A stretch of DNA of 64,000 nt from Bacillota bacterium (GCA_033549305.1 JAWSUV010000001.1:18913-82912), one strand, 5' to 3'; counted from the first letter of the stretch, positions 29,222 to 38,077 are shown. Made by a program: numbers and translations. The notes: a model not told the origin generated them from the letters alone.

Positions 29222-29251
29222 TCGGAAAGTGTGTGATTTGATACCCATAGT

Positions 29252-29280
29252 ATTTTATCACAGGCTTTGCCTGTAATCAA
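29252..29280 (-). promoter_or_regulatory. sigma-A type promoter for rpsB-tsf
   Basis: Minus strand reads TTGATT-17 nt-TAAAAT, about 110 nt upstream of the rpsB ATG. Confidence 0.6.
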
Positions 29281-29329
29281 TCAGTTTTTTGAGACGTCCA
29301 AATTTTAGTGTTTATTATTTCTCATGTTC

Positions 29330-29971
29330 TCAGAAATTTTTCTGATCGCTTAATTCTTCCTGCTTCCTGGATATAAACGCGATAATTTGATCTTGTTTCT
29401 CTTCACAGACATTCTCGAACTGGAGCCCCAGCCGGTAACGTTTCTCTTTTCCGATACGCGTTGTGCGAACAATGCGGGCTGAAACAGAAGCAACATCTTC
29501 ATCAAAGAAAAGCTGGCACTCCGTCCTCTCGTCAAGGTAGAATGGCTGGGGCGATATGGCACTGACCCCGCCGGCACTGATATCTTTGATGATAATCTCA
29601 CAGGATTTTTCACTCACCAAGCTTTTCAGCATGCCTGTCATCTCGCATTTAAAGCGATGGTGCTCTCGCCTCTGTGTTCTTCGCAACTGAGAAATAATGG
29701 AAATCTGGTATAACGCAGCATTTTCGTCCTGTATTTTCTTCACGAAGGCAACGGTCAAATAATAAATACCCTCATCACGGTAGAACGAGAGATCCGCTTT
29801 TTGACCAATGCGAACAGGATACTCAATGCCACGAATTTCGGGAGCTGATATATAGTAAAATTCGCTGTCCATATTCATTACCTGTGCATGAAAGATTCTG
29901 GGTCCTTCCGGATTAATGGGGTGATGAATTTGGATATCAACTCTGTCCCCCATTTCCAGCATTAACTCCAT
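29330..29971 (-). CDS. PilZ domain c-di-GMP receptor with YcgR/MotI-like N-terminal domain
   Basis: 213 aa. The C-terminal half carries both PilZ signatures, RRTQRREHHR (RxxxR) and DISAGG (D/NxSxxG). The N-terminal roughly 100 aa is beta-rich, like the YcgR N-domain. AGGAGGTG Shine-Dalgarno 5 nt upstream. Confidence 0.8.
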   Translation of the reverse strand: MELMLEMGDRVDIQIHHPINPEGPRIFHAQVMNMDSEFYYISAPEIRGIEYPVRIGQKADLSFYRDEGIYYLTVAFVKKIQDENAALYQISIISQLRRTQRREHHRFKCEMTGMLKSLVSEKSCEIIIKDISAGGVSAISPQPFYLDERTECQLFFDEDVASVSARIVRTTRIGKEKRYRLGLQFENVCEEKQDQIIAFISRKQEELSDQKNF

Positions 29972-30000
29972 GCTGCCACCTCCTGTATGATGACAATGTA

Positions 30001-30029
30001 AAAAGAAGTCATTGATAACGACTTCTTTT
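30001..30029 (-). terminator. intrinsic terminator downstream of codY
   Basis: Stem AAAGAAGTC/GACTTCTTT (9-10 bp) with a 9-nt loop. On the minus strand it runs into TTTTTAC. It starts 22 nt after the codY stop. Confidence 0.6.
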
Positions 30030-30050
30030 ATATCCTAATTTGGAACGCCC

Positions 30051-30830
30051 TTATCTTTTTACCTTCCGCAACTCTTCCAGCAGCCGCGTATTCAGAATTC
30101 TGATATGCGTCCCCTTCATTCCAAGAGATCTTGACTCGATTACACCGGCACTTTCAAACTTTCTCAGGGCATTCACGATCACAGAGCGTGTAATGCCCAC
30201 TCGGTCAGCAATTTTGCTGGCAACCAGCAGGCCTTCCGTACCATTTAACTCGTTAAAAATATGCTCCACTGCCTCCAGTTCAGAATAAGACAGGGTATCG
30301 ATGGCCATTTTTACCACAGCTTTTTTTCTGGCCTCTTCTTCTATTTCATCAGATTTTGCCCTTAGAATTTCCAAACCCACTACTGTTGCGCTGTATTCTG
30401 CCATCACCAGATCTTCATCTGTAAATTCCTTGTCATGCCGGGCCAAAACCATTGTGCCCAAGCGCTGTGCGCTGCCGTTGAGGGGAACAACCGTCACCAG
30501 TTTGTTGTAACTCTGCACATCGTATTTAAATAGTTTTAACAGGGCATCTTTAGTGATATTTGATTGTGTTTCCGTCACTTGCAGCAACTGCTCATTATAC
30601 TCCTCAGGAAATCTCTTTTCTCCTGTCTGCTCATCCAGTATGATCGGACAGTCGGATGTGTCGGTCAGGCTGACACCCAGTACTTTACCTTTTGAACTTG
30701 ACACATACACATTCGCATCAAGAATGTCGCTGAGAATGCGGCAGAGTTCATTAAAGGACACTGCATTTTCTGACGATTTTTGAAGAATCGAGTTAATTCT
30801 TCGTGTTTTTTCTAACAATGATGCTGACAT
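30051..30830 (-). CDS. codY: GTP/BCAA-sensing pleiotropic transcriptional repressor CodY
   Basis: 259 aa. N-terminal GAF-like domain and a C-terminal w[41 protein letters not shown], nearly invariant in CodY. Confidence 0.97.
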   Translation of the reverse strand: MSASLLEKTRRINSILQKSSENAVSFNELCRILSDILDANVYVSSSKGKVLGVSLTDTSDCPIILDEQTGEKRFPEEYNEQLLQVTETQSNITKDALLKLFKYDVQSYNKLVTVVPLNGSAQRLGTMVLARHDKEFTDEDLVMAEYSATVVGLEILRAKSDEIEEEARKKAVVKMAIDTLSYSELEAVEHIFNELNGTEGLLVASKIADRVGITRSVIVNALRKFESAGVIESRSLGMKGTHIRILNTRLLEELRKVKR

Positions 30831-30856
30831 TACTGAACCTCCTTTTAGTTGTCATG

Positions 30857-30881
30857 GTTATATGATGTCCTTTCATATAAC
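30857..30881 (-). promoter_or_regulatory. perfect 9-bp inverted repeat overlapping the candidate codY promoter -10
   Basis: GTTATATGA-7 nt-TCATATAAC. The candidate promoter on the minus strand is TTGATT (30895-30900), a 17-nt spacer, then TATGAA (30872-30877). Confidence 0.4.
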
Positions 30882-30925
30882 GCGCTTTCTATATAATCAA
30901 ATCCTATCATAATTATTCTAAAAAT

Positions 30926-33025
30926 TCAATTTGTTTTTTCCTGATCTTTTTCCTCGAACGACCTTTCATAAGAACACGCCTTGTTAGGACACACCAGCTT
31001 TGTTCCTTTTTTTGTTCTCTTGATCACGAGCAGCGAATCACATGTTGGACATTTCTCATTAACCGGTTGGTTCCATGATACAAAGCGGCATTCCGGGAAT
31101 TGGTTGCACCCATAAAAAACCCGCCCTTTTTTAGATTTTCGTTCAACTATTTCACCTTCCTCACAAAGCGGACAAGGCACATCAATTTTTTTCACAAAAG
31201 GTTTTGTGTTGCTGCATTCGGGGTAGGCTGAGCAGGCTAGAAACTTACCGTACCTGCCGTATTTTATGAGCATTGGAGCACCGCATTTTTCACAGATTTC
31301 ATCACTTTTTTCAACAAAATCAACTTCTTCGACATGTTCCTCCGCATGTTGAAGCATCTTTTCAAACGGATCATAGAATTCTCTGATTAACTGTTTCCAG
31401 TCTTCTTCACCGTCTTCTATTTCATCCAGCTGTTTTTCCATGCGGGCTGTAAAATTCACGTCGATAATTTTATCAAAATAATCTTCCAGCAGCCGTGTCA
31501 CAAGAATCCCCAGTTCAGTAGGTTTGAGGTTCTTGGCTTCTTTCATCACATAACCACGGGCTAGAATGGTACTGATGGTCGGTGCGTATGTGCTTGGTCT
31601 GCCAATGCCAAGTTCTTCCATTGCTTTAACAAGTGTCGCTTCCGTATAGCGGGCAGGCGGTTGCGTAAAGTGCTGTGTTGGAAGGGTTTTCCTTTGGGTG
31701 AAAACATCGCCTTTTTCAATTGCCGGCAGCAGTTGGTCTTTCGCCACAGATGCAAAACTGTAGACTTTTAAGAAACCATCGAAGATCAGCCTTGATCCAT
31801 TGGCTCTAAACTGACATTTCTCCACTTCCATGGTTACTGTGATATTTTGGTAGAGGGCTGCTTTCATCCGACTGGCAACAAATCGTTCCCAGATAAGTTT
31901 GTATAATTTATACTGATCATTGTTCAGATACGCTTTAATGCTGTCCGGCGTTTTTTCGACATCAGAGGGACGGATGGCTTCATGCGCATCCTGTATTGAT
32001 TTGTTTGACTGTTTCTTCTTAACAATGGCTTTATCTGGCCGAAGATAATCTTTTCCATAAGCCGATTCAATATACTCACGGACATTCTTATTGGCCTCTT
32101 CAGAAATGCGGGTCGAATCTGTTCGAAGGTAGGTGATCAATCCCACACTGCCCTCTTTTCCCAGGTCAATCCCTTCGTAAAGCTGCTGGGCAACCATCAT
32201 GGCCTTGCGCGTGGCATATCCCAGGCGGTTGGCAGCTTCCTGCTGCAATGTACTCGTCGTGAAAGGATCTGATGGATTCCGTCTTTTTTCACTTTCTTTG
32301 ATCTGTGTCGCTGTCAGTATTTTACCCTTGATCAGATGAAGAATCCGTTGAACGTCTTCTTCAGTTGTAAGTTTTTTGTGCCCCATTTCATCCTGATGAA
32401 ATTGAACATTCACTTTTTCCTTTTTTCGGCTTTCCAGTTCCAATTCAAGATTCCAGTATTCCTGAGGAATGAATTGATTGATTTCTTCTTCTCTGTCCTT
32501 AATCATTTTGGTGGCAACCGATTGAACCCGACCGGCACTGAGTCCTTTGCGCAGTTTCTTCCACAGCAGCGGACTTAGTTTGTACCCCACCAGCCTGTCC
32601 AACACTCGTCTCGCCTGTTGTGCATCCACCAGTTTTTTGTCAATGATTCTCGGGTTTTTTACGGCAGCTTTAATGGCATTCTTCGTAATTTCATTGAAAA
32701 CGATACGACAGGGTTCATCATCCTTCAAATTCAGGGCATTCGCTAAATGCCAGGAGATAGCCTCACCTTCACGGTCAAGGTCAGTTGCCAGCAGGATTTT
32801 GTTTGCTTTCTTTGCTTCTTTTTTAATCTCATTTAATATTGGTCCTTTGCCCCGGATCGTGATATATTGTGGTTCAAAATCTTTTTCAATTTCTACTCCG
32901 ATTTTACTTTTGGGCAGATCAATGATATGTCCGACAGTTGCCTTTACAGTGTAATGGCTGCCGAGAAACTTCTTGATGGTTTTCGCTTTTGCCGGGGACT
33001 CGACAATGACCAGTGATTTGGACAT
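30926..33025 (-). CDS. topA: DNA topoisomerase I
   Basis: TOPRIM start MSKSLVIVESPAKAKTI, active-site Tyr context ITYLRTDST, and three C-terminal C4 zinc ribbons. The ATG at 33025 lies 5 nt after AGAGGTG. Confidence 0.97.
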   Translation of the reverse strand: MSKSLVIVESPAKAKTIKKFLGSHYTVKATVGHIIDLPKSKIGVEIEKDFEPQYITIRGKGPILNEIKKEAKKANKILLATDLDREGEAISWHLANALNLKDDEPCRIVFNEITKNAIKAAVKNPRIIDKKLVDAQQARRVLDRLVGYKLSPLLWKKLRKGLSAGRVQSVATKMIKDREEEINQFIPQEYWNLELELESRKKEKVNVQFHQDEMGHKKLTTEEDVQRILHLIKGKILTATQIKESEKRRNPSDPFTTSTLQQEAANRLGYATRKAMMVAQQLYEGIDLGKEGSVGLITYLRTDSTRISEEANKNVREYIESAYGKDYLRPDKAIVKKKQSNKSIQDAHEAIRPSDVEKTPDSIKAYLNNDQYKLYKLIWERFVASRMKAALYQNITVTMEVEKCQFRANGSRLIFDGFLKVYSFASVAKDQLLPAIEKGDVFTQRKTLPTQHFTQPPARYTEATLVKAMEELGIGRPSTYAPTISTILARGYVMKEAKNLKPTELGILVTRLLEDYFDKIIDVNFTARMEKQLDEIEDGEEDWKQLIREFYDPFEKMLQHAEEHVEEVDFVEKSDEICEKCGAPMLIKYGRYGKFLACSAYPECSNTKPFVKKIDVPCPLCEEGEIVERKSKKGRVFYGCNQFPECRFVSWNQPVNEKCPTCDSLLVIKRTKKGTKLVCPNKACSYERSFEEKDQEKTN

Positions 33026-33076
33026 GGTAACACCTCTTTTGTAATTTAAAAACTCACGCACGATTATATCAGGTTA

Positions 33077-34165
33077 TCAGCGTACTGTAAATCTTTTGCC
33101 GGGATGCTGTTCAACCAATCCTTTTAATTCCAATACTGTCAGAATGCCATTCAGCACGGAAACGGATAATCCTGTATCGATAATCAACTGTTCCAGCTGG
33201 GTCGGTCCTTTATGTACGGCAGTCATCACTAAACGCTCATCTTCACTGAGGGAAACTGTCCGCATCTCAGCAGACAGCTGGAGTAAATCCTGTGGCAGCA
33301 GCGATCTCAACGGACTGATCAGGTCCTCTGTTTCTAAAACCATTCTGGCGCCATCACGAAGCAGTCGGTTGGTACCGGCACTCAGGGCACTGTTGATGCT
33401 GCCCGGCAGTGCAAACACGTCTCTTCCCTGCTCCATGGCGAAGTCGGCCGTGATTAGTGCTCCGCTGCGTTCGCCTGCTTCCACGACAAATACACCGATG
33501 GAAAGTCCGCTGATGATCCGGTTTCGTGCCGGAAAAAAATGTTTCTGCGGTTCAGTTCCTGGTCCATATTCACTGATAATAGTCCCGGAAAGCGCCATCT
33601 GTTCATAGAGTGACCGGTTTGATGCCGGATATACCTGATCAATGCCGCCGCCCAGCACCCCCACGCTGTAACCGCCTGCTTCGAGACAGCTTTGATGTCC
33701 CGCAGCATCAATGCCGTAAGCCAGTCCGCTGACAACGCCCACGCCGAAATGCGCGAGTTCACGGGCAAAGTGGCCGGCCGCCCATTTTCCATAGGTGGTA
33801 GCTTTTCGCGCACCAACAATGCCGATCATTGGAACGGAAGCAAGGGGTTTCCCTTTCAAATACAGGACCCAGGGCGGATCATAGATCTGCTTTAAATCAT
33901 GCGGGTAATCATCATCCAGCAGCGTCAAAACCTGGTATGCAGACTGCACGTCATGCACCTGGCGTTTCATTGACTCCTGATCCCGAACCACATTTTTGAT
34001 GATATGTTCACGGAAGGGGCTTTTCCCAAGCACCGCTCCCAACTGTTCGTCTTTTGCCCGGAATATTTCCTGGAATGAGCCGAAATAATCATATAACGCC
34101 GTCAGTGGTTTTGAGTAATACAAGCCAGCAAGGCTTAATGCGATCACACACTCCCGCTCTTCCAT
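33077..34165 (-). CDS. dprA: DNA processing protein DprA (Smf)
   Basis: Rossmann-like core GIVGARKATTYG...SGLAYGIDAAGH and a C-terminal wHTH. The ATG at 34165 has AAAGGAG 8 nt upstream and follows the comM stop by 4 nt. The ORF-track start at 34297 lies inside comM. Confidence 0.92.
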   Translation of the reverse strand: MEERECVIALSLAGLYYSKPLTALYDYFGSFQEIFRAKDEQLGAVLGKSPFREHIIKNVVRDQESMKRQVHDVQSAYQVLTLLDDDYPHDLKQIYDPPWVLYLKGKPLASVPMIGIVGARKATTYGKWAAGHFARELAHFGVGVVSGLAYGIDAAGHQSCLEAGGYSVGVLGGGIDQVYPASNRSLYEQMALSGTIISEYGPGTEPQKHFFPARNRIISGLSIGVFVVEAGERSGALITADFAMEQGRDVFALPGSINSALSAGTNRLLRDGARMVLETEDLISPLRSLLPQDLLQLSAEMRTVSLSEDERLVMTAVHKGPTQLEQLIIDTGLSVSVLNGILTVLELKGLVEQHPGKRFTVR

Positions 34166-34169
34166 GCCA

Positions 34170-35714
34170 TCAGCTCCTTTTAAAATGATGCAGGGTTCTG
34201 AACTGCAGCGCTTCTGCCAGATGATACTGAAGGATCTGTTCGCTGAGATCCAGATCGGCAATGGTTCTTGCCACTTTGAGAACCCTGTGATAGGCACGAG
34301 CGCTTAGTTTCATTTTATTGAAAGCTTCTTTCATCATCGTCTCTGCTTTTGGTTCCAGAGTACAATACCGCTGAATTTTTGCCGCGCTGATCCCGGCGTT
34401 GGTCCGATTTTTCTGGTGAGAATACCGCGCATACTGCATCTCTCTGGCCTTTTTAACTCTTTCCTTCACCATCAGCACATCATCCTTTTTCTTAGGCTGC
34501 GTCAGATCATCGTATGCAATACGGCGTGCTTCCACGAAAAGATCCATGCGATCCAGCAATGGCCCGGATATCCGGTTAGCATAACGCTGTACTTGATAAG
34601 GCGCACATTGGCAGGAGCTTCCTTCCTCCTCAAATCCATAGTACCCGCAGGGACATGGATTGAGTGCCGCCACCAGCATGAATTCACTGGGGAATGTAAA
34701 GGAACCTGCCGATCGTGAGACCACCACCTGCCCGTCTTCCAATGGCTGTCGGAGTATTTCCAGTGATCGTTTATCAAATTCAGGCAGTTCGTCCAGAAAT
34801 AAAACACCCCGATGGCTCAGGGAGATTTCTCCCGGCCGTGGTATTCGGCCTCCTCCCGTTAACGCTATGGATGAAGTCGTATGATGCGGGGCGCGGAAAG
34901 GTCTTTGCTTAAAAAAAGCCCTGTCCGGCGTCAACAGGCCGGCAGCACTGTATATAACAGCCACTTCCATGGATTCTTCGAAATTCATATCCGGCAAAAT
35001 CGATGGCAGTCTCCTGGCCGCCATGGTTTTACCGGAACCTGGAGGGCCCACCATAATCAGGTTATGACCGCCGGCAGCGGCAATTTCCAATGCCCGTTTT
35101 ACATTTTCCTGTCCCTGTAGATCGTTGATGTTTTCCAGGGGTGCGGTTTTTATATGTTCTGCCGGGATGACGCTTTCAGCAGGAACAAAAATAATTTCTT
35201 CCCTCAATTGCCGTACAAGTTCGGCCAGACTTTTCACAAAACAACACTGGAGGCCTTTCAACAGACTGGCTTCAAAACGATTCTCCCAGGGAATGATTAC
35301 GCGCTCATAGCCCATTCGCTGCAATTCCATAATCATGGGCAGCACGCCGTTTACCCGGAGGATGGATCCGTCAAGCGACAGTTCCCCTATCACCACGGTG
35401 TCTCCGAGCACATGCCCGGGAATCTGTCCTGTGGCCATTAACACCGCCAACGCTATGGGTAAATCAAAGTGTGTTCCCTCTTTGCGCGAATCAGCCGGAG
35501 CCAGATTAATGGTCACGCGCTGCATCGGAAATTCCAGTCCGTTGTTATCAATGGCTGCCCGAACACGGTCGCGCGACTCTTTTACCGCCGCATCCGGCAG
35601 TCCCACAATATTGACAGCGGGCAGTCCATTGGCTGTATCAACTTCCACATCAATCTTTAACACCTGCAGCCCAATTAGGCTGGCTGTTGTTGACTTAGCA
35701 AGCATGTGCAACAC
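34170..35714 (-). CDS. comM: YifB/ComM family Mg-chelatase-like AAA+ ATPase
   Basis: 514 aa. N-terminal Lon-protease-like domain, Walker A GPPGSGKT, LFLDELPEF Walker B, and a C-terminal Mg-chelatase domain. Confidence 0.92.
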   Translation of the reverse strand: MLHMLAKSTTASLIGLQVLKIDVEVDTANGLPAVNIVGLPDAAVKESRDRVRAAIDNNGLEFPMQRVTINLAPADSRKEGTHFDLPIALAVLMATGQIPGHVLGDTVVIGELSLDGSILRVNGVLPMIMELQRMGYERVIIPWENRFEASLLKGLQCCFVKSLAELVRQLREEIIFVPAESVIPAEHIKTAPLENINDLQGQENVKRALEIAAAGGHNLIMVGPPGSGKTMAARRLPSILPDMNFEESMEVAVIYSAAGLLTPDRAFFKQRPFRAPHHTTSSIALTGGGRIPRPGEISLSHRGVLFLDELPEFDKRSLEILRQPLEDGQVVVSRSAGSFTFPSEFMLVAALNPCPCGYYGFEEEGSSCQCAPYQVQRYANRISGPLLDRMDLFVEARRIAYDDLTQPKKKDDVLMVKERVKKAREMQYARYSHQKNRTNAGISAAKIQRYCTLEPKAETMMKEAFNKMKLSARAYHRVLKVARTIADLDLSEQILQYHLAEALQFRTLHHFKRS

Positions 35715-35738
35715 ATCCTTCCATATGATGTCGTATCT

Positions 35739-36095
35739 TTAAAAAAGGGAAAAAGCGTTGGGAAGATGCACCACTTTAGTAGGATTATGGTCTTGATAGA
35801 TTTCAACCACATCAAAACGAAAGCGTTGATGCGCGATTCGGTAGCGCTGTATGTATTGCTGTGCGGTTTTAATGATGACCCGCTGTTTCGCTAATGTAAC
35901 GGCTTCCCGGGGCAGGCCGTAACGTGAATTTCGGCGTGTTTTTACCTCAACAAACACCATCATCTGATCTTTTTGCATAATCAGGTCGATTTCCCCGAAA
36001 CGACAGCGGTAGTTTTGACAGACCAGCGTATAACCCTGTTCTTGAAGAAAGGAAAGGGCCTTTTTTTCACCGTCCTTGCCGGTTTGGTGATTCAT
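35739..36095 (-). CDS. yraN: YraN family endonuclease (UPF0102)
   Basis: 118 aa with GEKKALSFLQEQGY...RCRFGEIDLI...FVEVKTR motifs. The ATG at 36095 forms an ATGA overlap with the rnhB stop, verified in the sequence. Confidence 0.88.
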   Translation of the reverse strand: MNHQTGKDGEKKALSFLQEQGYTLVCQNYRCRFGEIDLIMQKDQMMVFVEVKTRRNSRYGLPREAVTLAKQRVIIKTAQQYIQRYRIAHQRFRFDVVEIYQDHNPTKVVHLPNAFSLF

Positions 36096-36724
36096 GTCAG
36101 ACACCTTTTTGTTGCCATGATTTTCTGTATGAAGCTTTTCCGGTGCAATGGTGTGGGACCGTGAGCCAACAGCGCTTCCCGATGAATTTTTGTGCCATAA
36201 CCCTTGTGTTTGTCGAGCCCGTACAGAGGATAGGTGCGATGCCATTCCTGGCACATCCGGTCGCGGGTAACTTTCGCCACGATAGATGCAGCAGCAATGC
36301 CATGTACCTGGTCCTCTCCGTGAATGATTGCCTGCTGGGGATAGGGAAGATCGAGGATTTCAGCATCAATCAGGAGAGCTTCGGGCGTCATGATTTGCCC
36401 GTCAGCTGTTTTAAGCTGGTTGATCGCCATGATCATTGCTTGTCGGGATGCCTGTTTAATATTGATCCGTTCGATCTCTTCCACTGAAACAACACCAACA
36501 CCGATTGCCACCGCTTTTTCGATAATGTGAGCGTAATACAATTCCCGTTTTTTTTCGGATAGTTTTTTTGAATCCTTCACTCCCTCAATGATCTCAAAAG
36601 GCTTCAGAATCACTGCTGCGGCGACTACCGGTCCAAAAAGACATCCCCGGCCCACTTCGTCGCAGCAGGCAATTCGCTTGATACCGTTTTCCCATAACGC
36701 TCTTTCATAAGCCATCGGATTCAT
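36092..36724 (-). CDS. rnhB: ribonuclease HII
   Basis: 210 aa with catalytic motif CCDEVGRGCLFGPVV and DSKKLS. Confidence 0.96.
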   Translation of the reverse strand: MNPMAYERALWENGIKRIACCDEVGRGCLFGPVVAAAVILKPFEIIEGVKDSKKLSEKKRELYYAHIIEKAVAIGVGVVSVEEIERINIKQASRQAMIMAINQLKTADGQIMTPEALLIDAEILDLPYPQQAIIHGEDQVHGIAAASIVAKVTRDRMCQEWHRTYPLYGLDKHKGYGTKIHREALLAHGPTPLHRKSFIQKIMATKRCLT

Positions 36725-37578
36725 TTTGACACCTCATCATCAGGTTTTTCCAGTGATATTTTGCCAATCCTGCCACCACGGAATTCATCAAGGACAATGA
36801 TCGCTGCACGCAGAAGGTCTGCCTCTCCGCCGCGCATGATACAGCCGCGCACCTGTGCAATCCATTCCATATAGGCCAGGGGTGATACTGTGATGTCACC
36901 GCCATATCGGACTTGCAGCTCATGTGGGTATTTCTGGAGCAGCTCCCTGATTAAGTCATGCGCCAGCTCCTGCTGATCGATGATCTCATCACGAATAGCA
37001 CCTGTTTGTGCCAGGTGAATTCCCGTCAGCGGATCTTCAAACTTTGGCCATAAGATTCCAGGTGTATCCAGTAATTCAATCTGTGCATGGACACGAATCC
37101 ACTGTTTTCCACGGGTGACACCAGGTTTATCGCCCGTTTTTGCGCTGCCTTTCCCAACCAGCTGATTAATAATGGTCGATTTCCCGACATTGGGGATTCC
37201 GACAACCATCACCCGCGCCGGTCTGGGTTTTCGACCCCGGCTGGTTAGATGGGCAGTCTTTTCAGCAAAAGCCGCTTTTACCGCTTCCAGAATATGCCGT
37301 CGGGAACCACCCGCAACGGAATTGGTTTTGATCACCAGCAGTCCCACTGCTTCAAAATGCCGTTGCCAATCTTCCGTCACCCTATCATCCGCCAGATCCG
37401 ATTTATTAAGTACGACGATCCTTTTTTTGTGCAGCAGGATCGAAGAAAGCTTTGGATTGCTGCTGCTTCTCGGAATCCGTGCATCCAGAAGTTCCAACAC
37501 TACATCAATGAGCTGGAGCTGTTCTTTCAGCAATTCTTCTGTTTTCTTCATGTGCCCCGGGTACCAGTTAATACTCAT
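36721..37578 (-). CDS. rbgA: ribosome biogenesis GTPase A (YlqF/RbgA), circularly permuted GTPase
   Basis: MSINWYPGHM start, with permuted motifs NKSDL (G4) preceding GIPNVGKST (G1) and DTPG. The ATG at 37578 lies 8 nt after AGAGGTGA. Confidence 0.93.
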   Translation of the reverse strand: MSINWYPGHMKKTEELLKEQLQLIDVVLELLDARIPRSSSNPKLSSILLHKKRIVVLNKSDLADDRVTEDWQRHFEAVGLLVIKTNSVAGGSRRHILEAVKAAFAEKTAHLTSRGRKPRPARVMVVGIPNVGKSTIINQLVGKGSAKTGDKPGVTRGKQWIRVHAQIELLDTPGILWPKFEDPLTGIHLAQTGAIRDEIIDQQELAHDLIRELLQKYPHELQVRYGGDITVSPLAYMEWIAQVRGCIMRGGEADLLRAAIIVLDEFRGGRIGKISLEKPDDEVSK

Positions 37579-37601
37579 CTCATTACTCACCTCTATAATG
37601 A

Positions 37602-37623
37602 AAGGGACTGCTATGAGTCCCTT
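37602..37623 (-). terminator. hairpin between rplS and rbgA
   Basis: 8-bp stem AAGGGACT/AGTCCCTT with a 6-nt loop, directly after the rplS stop. Only a weak U tract (TCATTAT) follows on the minus strand, so probably a partial terminator. Confidence 0.45.
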
Positions 37624-37627
37624 ATCA

Positions 37628-37972
37628 TTACCGTTTTTCTTTGATTTTAAAAGCGGCTTTTCCAATTCTGTCACGAATGTAGTGAAGCTTGGCTCGTCTG
37701 ACTTTACCTCTTTTTATCACCTGGATTTTGTCAATCTTGGGCGAGTGTACTGGAAATGTTCTTTCCACGCCGACACCGGATGCAATTCTGCGCACTGTGA
37801 ATGTTTCACGAATGCCACCACCCTGACGCTTAATCACAATGCCTTCAAACACCTGAATACGTTCCCGCGTTCCTTCTTTAACTTTGACATGCACCTTTAC
37901 AGTGTCGCCTGTATTAAAGATTATTTGGTCCTTATTCAAACGTTCCTGTTCTAATGTACGAATTAAGTCCAT
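37628..37972 (-). CDS. rplS: 50S ribosomal protein L19
   Basis: [10 protein letters not shown] start at 37972 after GAAGGAGGG. 114 aa with the [12 protein letters not shown] signature. Confidence 0.97.
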   Translation of the reverse strand: MDLIRTLEQERLNKDQIIFNTGDTVKVHVKVKEGTRERIQVFEGIVIKRQGGGIRETFTVRRIASGVGVERTFPVHSPKIDKIQVIKRGKVRRAKLHYIRDRIGKAAFKIKEKR

Positions 37973-38042
37973 GTTTGTCCCTCCTTCCTCAATAACGTTC
38001 ATATGCCATAACTCCACAGAGGAACGTCTGTCATATCAAGTC

Positions 38043-38071
38043 ATTATACCATGCAGATCAATGCGGTACAA
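38043..38071 (-). promoter_or_regulatory. sigma-A type promoter for rplS in the trmD-rplS spacer
   Basis: Minus strand reads TTGTAC-17 nt-TATAAT with TGG immediately upstream (extended -10). Confidence 0.6.
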
Positions 38072-38077
38072 TCCTGT

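Noticed and set aside
30912-30926. CodY-box-like 15-mer AATTTTTAGAATAAT directly after the topA stop.
   Set aside because: It has three mismatches to AATTTTCWGAAAATT in very AT-rich DNA, so it is expected by chance. It is mentioned only as context for the codY promoter palindrome.
34166-34297. N-terminal extensions of ORF-track calls. The affected genes are dprA (to 34297), yraN (to 36254), nrnA (to 12016), truB (to 10946), rbgA (to 37674), rplS (to 38017), tsf (to 28391), topA (to 33061), rpe (to 57804), the M16 peptidase (to 6370), rimP, nusA, infB, smc, fapR, uppS, stp and ylbN.
   Set aside because: In each case the extension overlaps the upstream gene or a terminator or promoter and lacks a Shine-Dalgarno. 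An internal ATG or GTG with a good Shine-Dalgarno gives the canonical family N-terminus.
37172-37954. 260-aa plus-strand ORF, with a nested ORF at 37249-37644.
   Set aside because: It runs antisense across rbgA, the rbgA-rplS spacer (including its hairpin and Shine-Dalgarno) and rplS. The translation is low-complexity and Ser/Phe/Leu-rich. I saw no Shine-Dalgarno or promoter. This is a classic shadow ORF opposite well-supported genes.
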